Below are positions 55,787 through 64,000 of a stretch of 64,000 nt of DNA, piece after piece (position 1 is the first letter of the stretch; each line of letters starts with the position of its first letter). The position numbers and the translations under genes are program-made. The notes beneath the pieces were generated by a model. That model was not told where the DNA came from, ran no database searches, and worked only from the letters and a program-made list of their open reading frames with translations. The DNA is taken from positions 12,733 through 76,732 of the IMG/VR virus record IMGVR_UViG_3300010885_015027, one strand, 5' to 3'. This DNA is from a virus.

Positions 55787-56325
55787 TATAACTCTTTTGT
55801 AATTTGTTATTTAATCCAAGAGTTGTAATTTCGTTTAATTTTTGGTAATAGTTCTTTCATATCTTTTGTACTAAGAATTCTTTCAGAAGAGTCAACATCT
55901 TCACCATAAAATTCAACACCAAAAATTGTATATTCTTTTGTGTAGTCGTTATAAGTTACTTCGATTCCAGTATTGTCTTCTCCCATAACTCCAGATTCGC
56001 CTCTCAATATAAAACCAGTTTTTGCATGTCTGTCAATAATTGTTTGTAAAGTTTTATCTGATGGTTTCAAACCAAGTTTAAAAACTTTTGATTTTTTTGA
56101 CATACCATACATTTTTTCGTGCTTTTCTGGATTAATTCCATAAAATTCATTATCATTTATTCCATCTTCATTCTTTTCAACCAAAATTTCTTCGACAATT
56201 GTTCTGATATATTTTCTTAGATTTCTTAGATCTGAATCGTCTGTGGATTCGGTGATTATCTTTGTATATACTTCTTTAAAATTTTGTAGGTTCATATTTT
56301 CCTTATAACTCTTTTGTAATTTGTT
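55787..56325. repeat. 22-bp direct repeat (55787-55808, 56304-56325) flanking an inserted gene
   Basis: TATAACTCTTTTGTAATTTGTT twice. Confidence 0.88.
55807..56295 (-). CDS. putative internal head protein, MNLQNF family (start revised from 56364)
   Basis: AAGGA SD; MNLQNFKEVYTKIITE/STDD leader. Confidence 0.72.
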   Translation of the reverse strand: MNLQNFKEVYTKIITESTDDSDLRNLRKYIRTIVEEILVEKNEDGINDNEFYGINPEKHEKMYGMSKKSKVFKLGLKPSDKTLQTIIDRHAKTGFILRGESGVMGEDNTGIEVTYNDYTKEYTIFGVEFYGEDVDSSERILSTKDMKELLPKIKRNYNSWIK

Positions 56326-56458
56326 CTCGTTTAACAGCCAAAAGATCAGAAATTTTATTGGCAATTAACATATTTACAATAGGTTTAATGCCTTGTGGAT
56401 TTCCTTCTTTAGAATATCTAATTATAGTTTCGATTTTAGCTCTTTCGGTTTGTGTCAT
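56303..56458 (-). CDS. small prohead core protein (gp67-like, 51 aa, not in ORF track)
   Basis: GAGGA SD after the portal gene; ...KISDLLAVKREQITKEL. Confidence 0.55.
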   Translation of the reverse strand: MTQTERAKIETIIRYSKEGNPQGIKPIVNMLIANKISDLLAVKREQITKEL

Positions 56459-56474
56459 ATGGTCCTCTAATTAT

Positions 56475-58067
56475 TTATACCTGCGGAAGATTTTCGTTTT
56501 CTGGAGTTTCAGATGGTATCACATCTTGAGAAATTTCTGCTGGTGAGTCAACTGGAACTGGACTCTGGAATTCTTGTGCTGTTGGATCGATAATTCCAGC
56601 ATCAGCCGCAGCAGCTTCTGGTTCTTCTGGGGAGATTTCGATCTTATCTATTTCTATATCTTTAATTTCTTCGTCAGTTAATTTCAAGAAATTTTTCTTG
56701 ATATATTGGTTAGAAAAGAAAGATTCTCCTAATCCCAATGCAGAAGAAGCTAGTTCAATTCTTCTTGACATAATTTCCGCTTCATTATATTCAGCGAAAT
56801 GTGAATCTTTTCTGAAGTCGTAAAAAATATTATTTTTAATAATTGAGTCCCAGTCATCACTTGTAATAATGTTTTTAAGGATTAACTGAGTTCTTAACAG
56901 ATCCGTGAATATGGAAGAGAATCTTGTTCTTAATCTTTTGATGAATTTGTTAAATTTAACTTCTTCTCTATCTATTTCTGCAGATCTTCCTGTATTAAAT
57001 GAAGATCCTGCCGTAATTCTGGTTATTGGAACGTGTAATGCATTATATAACTTCTTTCTGAAATATTCCACATCGGCCATTTCGCCCAGATTAGTCCCAC
57101 CAGGAAGAGTAGAGATATCTGTAGACTTTCCATCTTCACCAACTGGAATCCAAAAATCTTCTAGAACAGATAAAGTTCTTGAATCGTCTCTTAGTTCACC
57201 GGTAGATTGATCATATACAATCTTATTCCTGAACTTATTCATGAGCCCATTTACATATTGTTCAGCTTTAATTTTTGGTAATCCACCAGTTCCGATTTTA
57301 AATACTCTTCTTTCTGGTGCTCTTGCTAATCTGTAGATTACAGTGGCGTCTTCTAACATTCGCAATTGATTGTATGGTTTAATAGATTTATGTAAATAAG
57401 AAATTATTGTCGACTTATTTCTATAATCAATTAATCCTGAATTACAATATGCCACCGAATCTGCTGGTAATTTAACATCACTCTTGTAAATATAATATTC
57501 TTGAACTGTTTTTTGTAATTTAACACCACGTTTCGAAAATTCTTCTTTAACTTCTCTGATCTTTTCTATTTCTCGTGGGTCAATGTATCGTAATTCTTGT
57601 ATTCCGTCTTTTGTATTCTTTGTGTCGATAACAACAGAAAAGAATAACCTTCCGTCTATATACCATCTTTTGAAAATCTCGTATGCATTTTCATTGAAAT
57701 CTAATAGACTTAAAATCGCTTCAAATTCTTCTTGTATTACTTCTTTGATATCATCGCCGAATGGTAGTTTATCTAAAATAATTCCCACAGGAGATTCTGG
57801 ATCCCCTGTGATAATTGCTTCGTTGATAATTTCATCTATGGCAGATTCGATTTCTGGCATTAAAGAAAGATCTCTATATTTGTTTATCAGAATCTTCTTA
57901 TCAGAAGTAGAAAAATCAGTCGCATATGATGTGTTAATGAACCCACCACTATTATTTACAATAGTAGCGTCATCATCTAACTGTGGTGGAACAGGAGAAA
58001 GTAATTCTCTCTCCTGTTCTGGACCTTTTCTTTTAATAGAGAATCCAAAAAAATCAAATAGTGCCAT
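56475..58067 (-). CDS. 20: portal protein gp20
   Basis: WYIDGR, YLHK..KP.NQLRMLED, YRLARAPERRVF, EDFW, TLPGG.NLG. Confidence 0.97.
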   Translation of the reverse strand: MALFDFFGFSIKRKGPEQERELLSPVPPQLDDDATIVNNSGGFINTSYATDFSTSDKKILINKYRDLSLMPEIESAIDEIINEAIITGDPESPVGIILDKLPFGDDIKEVIQEEFEAILSLLDFNENAYEIFKRWYIDGRLFFSVVIDTKNTKDGIQELRYIDPREIEKIREVKEEFSKRGVKLQKTVQEYYIYKSDVKLPADSVAYCNSGLIDYRNKSTIISYLHKSIKPYNQLRMLEDATVIYRLARAPERRVFKIGTGGLPKIKAEQYVNGLMNKFRNKIVYDQSTGELRDDSRTLSVLEDFWIPVGEDGKSTDISTLPGGTNLGEMADVEYFRKKLYNALHVPITRITAGSSFNTGRSAEIDREEVKFNKFIKRLRTRFSSIFTDLLRTQLILKNIITSDDWDSIIKNNIFYDFRKDSHFAEYNEAEIMSRRIELASSALGLGESFFSNQYIKKNFLKLTDEEIKDIEIDKIEISPEEPEAAAADAGIIDPTAQEFQSPVPVDSPAEISQDVIPSETPENENLPQV

Positions 58068-58080
58068 TATTTATCCTTAT

Positions 58081-58599
58081 TTAGAAATCAGTAGTACCAG
58101 CTGACTCCCACCAATCATATTGTAGAGTCGCTGTGAATTCTTCAATCTGATCATTAGACCCCCAATCGACGTCAATTGCAGCAATATCAGAACACCACAT
58201 TCCTTGGAAAGTATATTCTTTAACTGGATTACCATCTTTGCCGAATTGTGTCACACTAGCAAGTGGTGTTTTATATCCTGAGTCTATTTTAGTATTTGCA
58301 TTGTGTTGATTGATGGTACTCATCCATAGTTCGAAAGAATTTCTCACACTAAAGTTTTCTTCATTAAGTACAGTTACAGTCCATTCGGCGAAAGTTAGAT
58401 CGCCATGTACTTTAATCTTTCTACCAAAATAAGGAACTTCGATCATACCTAAAGTTTTACCAGGTAATTGCGCAGCCTTACAGTGAAACGTAAATTCTCT
58501 ATTTGCAAACGGCAGACCGAAGATAGTTGCTTCGAATAGAGTTGGTCTTGCACCTTCTAAACCGAAAGCTCCTTTGAATCTATTTATGTCAAATGGCAT
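58081..58599 (-). CDS. 19: tail tube protein gp19
   Basis: GARPTLFE, LPG, PYFGRKIK..GD.TF..W, IEEF..T..YDWW. Confidence 0.93.
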   Translation of the reverse strand: MPFDINRFKGAFGLEGARPTLFEATIFGLPFANREFTFHCKAAQLPGKTLGMIEVPYFGRKIKVHGDLTFAEWTVTVLNEENFSVRNSFELWMSTINQHNANTKIDSGYKTPLASVTQFGKDGNPVKEYTFQGMWCSDIAAIDVDWGSNDQIEEFTATLQYDWWESAGTTDF

Positions 58600-58638
58600 A
58601 TTTTTATTAAATCCTTTATTTTTATTTATTCGTTAGAA

Positions 58639-58659
58639 ATGGGAGGAAAATCCTCCCAT
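58639..58659 (-). terminator. hairpin between genes 18 and 19
   Basis: ATGGGAGGA/TCCTCCCAT. Confidence 0.55.
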
Positions 58660-58663
58660 CATG

Positions 58664-60607
58664 TTAGAATTGTCCAATAATCTCGCTAAATTCAACACCA
58701 GTTCTGACAGCCACGAAATTTAATTGAATAAACGAAATAGATCTTGCTGGTTTAATATAGATATCGCCAACGAACGAATTAGAATCGATTACTTGTGGGG
58801 TATTGTTAGTTTCGTCACAAACCACCTTGAAATCGACAATTCCTCGTCTGCCTTGAACATCTCTTAAGAATGGTTCAACTGTTGCAACGAATTGACCTCT
58901 TGTAAATGTGTCGTTAAGTTCAAACAGAGAATACTTAGAAGATTGGGAAATAGATTTCTTCAGAACATTGAATAATCTACGGACATTAATTCTATCAAAA
59001 GCGGATGGCTTTGAAAGTATTGTCTTGTCTCCAAATAACACAGTTCCTTGTCCTGGGAAAGTAACAACTGGATTAGCACCAATCTTAAATAGATCGTCTC
59101 TATTAGCCTTATTTGGATTGAATGCCAATTTAACAACGTTCTTGAGATTTCCTCTATTGAAACCAGCTGGCGAGAACCATGGGTCGTTTGTTTGATCAGT
59201 TCTAGCACACAGACCAGCAATGTCTCCATTTAGAGGAACCCAACGGAAAACGTCACTGTACTTATCGTATTGATATTTCCAACCAGAATCAAGAACAGCA
59301 TAAGAAGAAGACGGTAGAGCATTTCTGAAAGCTGTGATATCTGTTACTTCTTGTCCTTTATTGTCGACAACTGAAGCAAAAGGTGGTGACACGAAAGCAA
59401 CAGCATCTCCTCTATTCTCAACAATCGTTTGTATAATATATGTACCAACCGTACTGTCAGCTGAACCAGTTATAAATAGATTCACGTCAATTGTATCAGC
59501 ATCAGCGAATAGATCATATGCCAGTTGCTTTTGCCCGTTAGTCAGAGTGTCAGCAGAAACACCAGCAGTCAGAGAATTAGTGATAACTGATATAGTATCA
59601 AATGCCCCAGCAGCAGAAGCTGTGGTTCCCCAATCTGCAGTTGTTCTTGGATGATTGGTCCACCAAATATAACCTGATTTTGCGTTAATTACATTTGCGT
59701 AATAATTAGATTCTCCAGATTCCGTCTTAGCATCCGACGCTTTTGAAACGAATGAGTATTTTTCGAGAACTGTATTTTGTGATCCTGAAAATTTACCATC
59801 TTCGTCAATAACGATGATATGTAATTCGTCTAGTGAACCACCATTGGCAGCAGCATATGTGGAAGTTCCTGGTGCTACGTTAAATGCAGAAGCATAAACC
59901 CAACCAGAAAAACCAGTCGAGTCGCACATAGATACCTTTAACGAATTACCTAATTCGCCTGGATATCTTCCTGTCCATATTCCAGCGGCAGATGCGACGC
60001 CGGCAATATAATTAGCTTCGTAATCGTCTTCGTTCTTGATTACTACAGTATTTGCAGTTGAAGGTGTGATTACTGGGGCGGCACCAAAAGCGAAACCTGT
60101 GGCGCCAGTTAATGTTACTGTTGGAAGAGTAGTGTATCCTGTTCCTGAATTGGTTAGAGATACTGCAGTAACCACAACTCCAGTTGCGCCGCTATATGCT
60201 AGTGTTGCTGTTCCTACTGCACCAGATCCCCCACCGCCAGTGAAAGTTAAGGCAACAGTTGATGGAGCAAAACTATTAGAAACACCAGCAGTCGTAATGG
60301 TTAATCCTGAAATACCAGAAGCTCCATTAGTCGAGTTTCTAGCTGTAGTTCCTACGTTTCTAACTACTCGTAAAGAGTTAGAATAAGACAAGAAGTTTGC
60401 TGCTGAAAAGAAAGTGTCAGCAACAGTGTTATTTGGTTTTTGGAAAGTATCTACTAAATCTACTTCCGAAGAAATAGTTCTAACCTCAAGAACTGGTCCC
60501 CACTGAAAAGACCCAGCAATTGCTCCGATCGATGTTGCGACTCCAGGTACGGTAGTTGTCAAATCAATCTCAGATACATTCACTCCTGGTGATAATTGAA
60601 TAGCCAT
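58664..60607 (-). CDS. 18: tail sheath protein gp18
   Basis: LSPGV...EIDLT, YPGELGN, WFSPAGFNRG, FDRINVRRLF, IKPARSI. Confidence 0.97.
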   Translation of the reverse strand: MAIQLSPGVNVSEIDLTTTVPGVATSIGAIAGSFQWGPVLEVRTISSEVDLVDTFQKPNNTVADTFFSAANFLSYSNSLRVVRNVGTTARNSTNGASGISGLTITTAGVSNSFAPSTVALTFTGGGGSGAVGTATLAYSGATGVVVTAVSLTNSGTGYTTLPTVTLTGATGFAFGAAPVITPSTANTVVIKNEDDYEANYIAGVASAAGIWTGRYPGELGNSLKVSMCDSTGFSGWVYASAFNVAPGTSTYAAANGGSLDELHIIVIDEDGKFSGSQNTVLEKYSFVSKASDAKTESGESNYYANVINAKSGYIWWTNHPRTTADWGTTASAAGAFDTISVITNSLTAGVSADTLTNGQKQLAYDLFADADTIDVNLFITGSADSTVGTYIIQTIVENRGDAVAFVSPPFASVVDNKGQEVTDITAFRNALPSSSYAVLDSGWKYQYDKYSDVFRWVPLNGDIAGLCARTDQTNDPWFSPAGFNRGNLKNVVKLAFNPNKANRDDLFKIGANPVVTFPGQGTVLFGDKTILSKPSAFDRINVRRLFNVLKKSISQSSKYSLFELNDTFTRGQFVATVEPFLRDVQGRRGIVDFKVVCDETNNTPQVIDSNSFVGDIYIKPARSISFIQLNFVAVRTGVEFSEIIGQF

Positions 60608-60691
60608 GTTATTTTTCTCCTAACTAATGTTAATTTATTCTAACGAATATAAAATTCTAATTATATTTATTAAAAACGAAATCTCAACCAA

Positions 60692-62272
60692 TCAGAATAA
60701 CCAAGAGATATCTTCCGTTTCCGTCTCAGAACCATCGGTTATTCCCGCAAAAGAATAAATTTCGTCCTGACTTTGTTCTTGTTTTTCTAAAAAAGATCTT
60801 CTGAGATCTGAATTAGTTATTTCTTTGAAAAAAGGCTCTCGTGTTGCCCAAGAAAATAGAAGCAAAGCCATCACTAGATCATCATGTTTTCCTGATTCAC
60901 CACCCCAAGATCCAGATTTATTTATAAAAGAATACAATTCGTCGACTATATCTTCTGTAAAAGATACCAATTTGTGCTCTTCAACAAGAGTTTTTAGTAT
61001 AGAAGCTCCTAATCTCTTGACACCAGTAGTCATCTCAACACCAATTTTATTCGATTTTGTAAACGAATTTCTCAATTCTTGTCCACTGTTTCCTGTAATT
61101 GTGGTGAATATATTCTCATATTCTAAATCCCAATAACAGGATTCGGCTACAGTTTGACCTACAGTATTTCTTTCTATTAAGAGAAATGCATTATTGTATT
61201 TCTTTGCAAGATCAACAATAATATTAGGAAGCATTATTGGTCTTGTTGTGTTATCTTTAAATCTAGCAACAATTGTGTAAGGAATACTGGTGGTGTCTAT
61301 TACTACAGCAACAGAATAATCGGCCTCTACTCCTCTAGATGAATCTACAGAAATCACATAATTATGGGCGTTTTTTGGTTCTTCTAAGACGAGATAAGAA
61401 GCATTTTCTTTAATCGGTTTCACCCAAGTTAAGGATTGTAATGTGTGCCCTGAGATAAGAGTATTAGAAGATCCCAAAAATTCGTTCCCATATTCTTGAC
61501 GGAAACCTTGTTCACCTACAATTTCTAATTGGGTTTTCTTCCAAATTTCGTCTCTGCCAGGGACCATATTCCATGTAATTTCAAATGGAACGAATTCATT
61601 TTTTCCGTCTGCAGCATCCTTCCATAATTTATGATAATGATTTAATCCATTTGGAGTAGAAGATACTATAAATTTGGAATCTGTCCCTGATGAAATTGTT
61701 GGGAATGTTGATTTAAAAAAATCTTCGGCATTATCTATGAATCCATATTCATCACAATACACACAATTTGGCGATGTTCCACGGATTGAATCTGTAGAAG
61801 TTGCAGCTGTTATGATTTTTGAATTATTCCCGAATTCTAAAGAACCTTTATTTAAGACATCCACACCTGGTTGGAGAAAAAATGGAAGATGTTCAAGAGC
61901 AAGAGTTACTCTTGAAAGAATTTCTCTTGCTGTTGCAGCTTTATTGGCAAGAATAGCAACTGTTTTGTCACTATTAAAAATAGCATACCAGAGAAGAAAA
62001 GTTGCGACTGTAGTCGTTTTCGCAGCTTGCCTCGCTGCTAAAATAATCGAAAATCTATTCTCCATTAATGAGATAATCAGATCTTTTTGATAATCTCTTA
62101 ATATCAGAGGAATTAATCCTCGATCCAAAGATACAATCTTAACCCATGTTTCTATGAAATAGATAGGATCTTTAGAACACTTAATATATTCAGTAAATTC
62201 ATCTTGTGTATAGTTTTCAATTAAGTTTGTTCGTTTTATTTTGGGATTAAGATAATATGTTTTATCACTCAT
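60692..62272 (-). CDS. 17: terminase large subunit gp17
   Basis: LRDYQ, RQAAKTT, ILANK, CDE, SSTPNG.NH, HDDLVM. Confidence 0.96.
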   Translation of the reverse strand: MSDKTYYLNPKIKRTNLIENYTQDEFTEYIKCSKDPIYFIETWVKIVSLDRGLIPLILRDYQKDLIISLMENRFSIILAARQAAKTTTVATFLLWYAIFNSDKTVAILANKAATAREILSRVTLALEHLPFFLQPGVDVLNKGSLEFGNNSKIITAATSTDSIRGTSPNCVYCDEYGFIDNAEDFFKSTFPTISSGTDSKFIVSSTPNGLNHYHKLWKDAADGKNEFVPFEITWNMVPGRDEIWKKTQLEIVGEQGFRQEYGNEFLGSSNTLISGHTLQSLTWVKPIKENASYLVLEEPKNAHNYVISVDSSRGVEADYSVAVVIDTTSIPYTIVARFKDNTTRPIMLPNIIVDLAKKYNNAFLLIERNTVGQTVAESCYWDLEYENIFTTITGNSGQELRNSFTKSNKIGVEMTTGVKRLGASILKTLVEEHKLVSFTEDIVDELYSFINKSGSWGGESGKHDDLVMALLLFSWATREPFFKEITNSDLRRSFLEKQEQSQDEIYSFAGITDGSETETEDISWLF

Positions 62273-63298
62273 TGAGTATCTATTATGTATTTCCTTTCAA
62301 AAACTTCTGTAATTCAGCAGTTGATTATAAGTTAATATCATTTTGCTATTGTTACACCATTTAAAATGAATGGACCTTTGAGAACTTTACTTGCATAATC
62401 TCTTGCACTGAATGGGTCTTTTGCTATTGCTGCTTCTCCAGCTGGGAAAGGACCTTTGAGAATATCTAAAGCATATGAATATGCGGAGTAATGGTCTTTT
62501 GCTATTGCAGCTTCTCCAGCTGGGAAAGGACTTTTTTTGAGGACATTAAATGCATATTTATATGCATAGATTGCTTCTTTTGCTATTACTGCTTCTCCAG
62601 CTGGCCAAGGATCTTTAAGAACGACATGGGCATAATCATATGCATATTTTGCATTTCCAGAATCAATAATTGTCTGTTCGATTTGTTTATCTGGATATTT
62701 TAGATTTTTTAAAATAGATCTTAAATCCGATTTCTTAGATGTTTCTCTTTGTTTTTCTATCTCTGGATTCAATCCAAAAACTTGTTTAATCAGTTTATCT
62801 ATATCCAGAGATGTCTTTTTAGATAGTTGTTGTTTTGACATGTCTTCATATTTCGAATTAAAGAATTCTCTATATGATTTATGCAATGCCATGGCATACT
62901 TTTCTTTTGGTTTTTCCTTATCAATTAAATAAACTAGAATAGCATTATTATCATAGAAATCCTTCTCAAAACGTTCCTGGTCAGACCAGTTGGTTCCTAA
63001 CCCATGAAAACTAGATGCTGCCTTGTCTGTTGGAATGATGATGTTCCAATTATTATCAGGAATTGATAGAAATTTTCCAGTATCTACACCAGAAGAAACG
63101 AATTTTGAGGCGGTTGTTTTGACATCTTCATAGATGACATGTTTGAATTGTTTGAATGATAGCATATTAGTATTTATAGAAAATGTAATTTAATTTAGTA
63201 ATAAATTGTTTCCTTCAATTTTGGGATTAAGATAATATGTTTTATCACTCATATATTATGTATTTCCTTTCAAAAACTTCTGTAATTCAGCAGTTGAT
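62238..63298. repeat. duplicated gene 16/17 junction flanking an inserted gene
   Basis: 35-bp block 62238-62272 = 63218-63252 and 45-bp block 62281-62325 = 63254-63298. Confidence 0.92.
62338..63165 (-). CDS. putative internal head protein with PFPAGEAAIAK repeats
   Basis: MLSFKQF leader; own TATAAATA; N-domain related to 33563 and 34746. Confidence 0.72.
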   Translation of the reverse strand: MLSFKQFKHVIYEDVKTTASKFVSSGVDTGKFLSIPDNNWNIIIPTDKAASSFHGLGTNWSDQERFEKDFYDNNAILVYLIDKEKPKEKYAMALHKSYREFFNSKYEDMSKQQLSKKTSLDIDKLIKQVFGLNPEIEKQRETSKKSDLRSILKNLKYPDKQIEQTIIDSGNAKYAYDYAHVVLKDPWPAGEAVIAKEAIYAYKYAFNVLKKSPFPAGEAAIAKDHYSAYSYALDILKGPFPAGEAAIAKDPFSARDYASKVLKGPFILNGVTIAK

Positions 63299-63615
63299 CC
63301 TAGAAATAAATTATTCTGTGTATTATTCTGAACTTCTGGTTTCGTTTTTGTTTCTCTCATTACAATATCCGACAGAGATTTTGCAACATCTGCTGTTGTT
63401 TTAATGAGATTAGAAACAACTTCGTATGCTCGTGGTGATTCTGATGCCTTGGCGAATTCCAATAGATTATCTAAGGCATCTTGAGATTTATCAAGAAGCT
63501 CGTGATGGACTTTCTTGATTCTCTCGATATCTTTAGATATATCTTCCTGTACTAGAATTTCCGGCTTTTCTACAGAATCTATATCGAATATTTCGTTTAA
63601 CTTATCGTCCACCAC
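63256..63615 (-). CDS. 16: terminase small subunit gp16
   Basis: SESPRAYEV..LIK, NNLFLGSTAELQK. Confidence 0.92.
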   Translation of the reverse strand: MVDDKLNEIFDIDSVEKPEILVQEDISKDIERIKKVHHELLDKSQDALDNLLEFAKASESPRAYEVVSNLIKTTADVAKSLSDIVMRETKTKPEVQNNTQNNLFLGSTAELQKFLKGNT

Positions 63616-63616
63616 T

Positions 63617-64000
63617 TCAGACCACAGGAGCTGTCACAGATCCAGTAGCACCAGTAGAACTAGAAGATGTACCTGTTGCACCAGTAGCACCAGTCACAGG
63701 AGCAACAACGACTACTTCCCAAGGAGCACCTTTAATTACTTCGGTCGGTGACTTAAGATCCTTCATTTGATTGGCTAATGATGCGTCATATCTGTCAACA
63801 GTTTCTTCTGTTAGAGTATCGACGGTCCATCTTGCGAAATCTTCTTTAGTTAAATCTTCATATTTTGTGAAATTCTCTGGATCTGGATTCTGTAAAGAAA
63901 GAGAACCATATGTATCTACATAAAATGTACCGTCTTGTAATCCTCTTCTCCATTCGTAAGAGATTACTGCGTCTTTGAGGGAATTTTCTGTTAATGTTCT
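63617..64000 (-). CDS. 5'-truncated phage protein with a GATG-rich tail (not in ORF track)
   Basis: open frame ...FTKYEDLTKEDFARW...APW...TGATGATGTSSSSTGATGS..*. Confidence 0.65.
   Translation of the reverse strand, partial: RTLTENSLKDAVISYEWRRGLQDGTFYVDTYGSLSLQNPDPENFTKYEDLTKEDFARWTVDTLTEETVDRYDASLANQMKDLKSPTEVIKGAPWEVVVVAPVTGATGATGTSSSSTGATGSVTAPVV

Noticed and set aside
51656-62090. Many short ORFs antisense to or nested in structural and replication genes
   Set aside because: Shadow ORFs of codon-biased core genes.
15801-62272. Introns or inteins in genes 43, 41, 46, 20, 17
   Set aside because: Lengths are ordinary, frames are continuous and no splicing motifs are visible.
1-64000. Apparent abundance of AGATCT/TCTAGA palindromes
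   Set aside because: Impression by eye only; it needs a k-mer observed/expected calculation before any claim.

Overview
This is a 64-kb piece of a large, AT-rich, lytic T4-like (T4-superfamily) myovirus genome in the standard genetic code. Replication and transcription genes: uvsW, 33, 59, 32, 43, uvsX, 41, 46, 47, 55. The minus-strand morphogenesis block runs 16-17-18-19-20-small core genes-21-22-23. Accessory genes include Pnk, RNA ligase 1, dUTPase, GMP reductase, Hsp20, thioredoxin, a GH19 lysin, UvsE, a deaminase, a glycosyltransferase, ClpP, a Clp ATPase and a GIY-YIG homing endonuclease. Main observations beyond the annotation: (1) A circularly permuted two-piece tmRNA gene (tag VNTNVMAMSAAA*) occurs in the same genome as a phage ClpP and an IGF-loop Clp ATPase, all behind late-promoter motifs. 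(2) About ten ORFs share N-terminal capsid-targeting-like leaders and prohead-protease-like (I/L)xE junctions. Their cargo includes a (p)ppGpp-hydrolase-like HD domain and a HIGH nucleotidyltransferase, an adjacent Acb1-like fusion uses similar junctions, and some cargo domains also exist as stand-alone early genes. (3) Three of these cargo modules sit between exact direct repeats (22, 25 and 35+45 bp), which look like insertion footprints. (4) Eight copies of a 55-bp palindrome made of two inverted IHF-like sites precede leaderless early genes, and three pairs of them bracket a 140-155-bp spacer family. (5) A candidate ~135-nt structured ncRNA. All calls were made by eye from motifs; no database searches were run.
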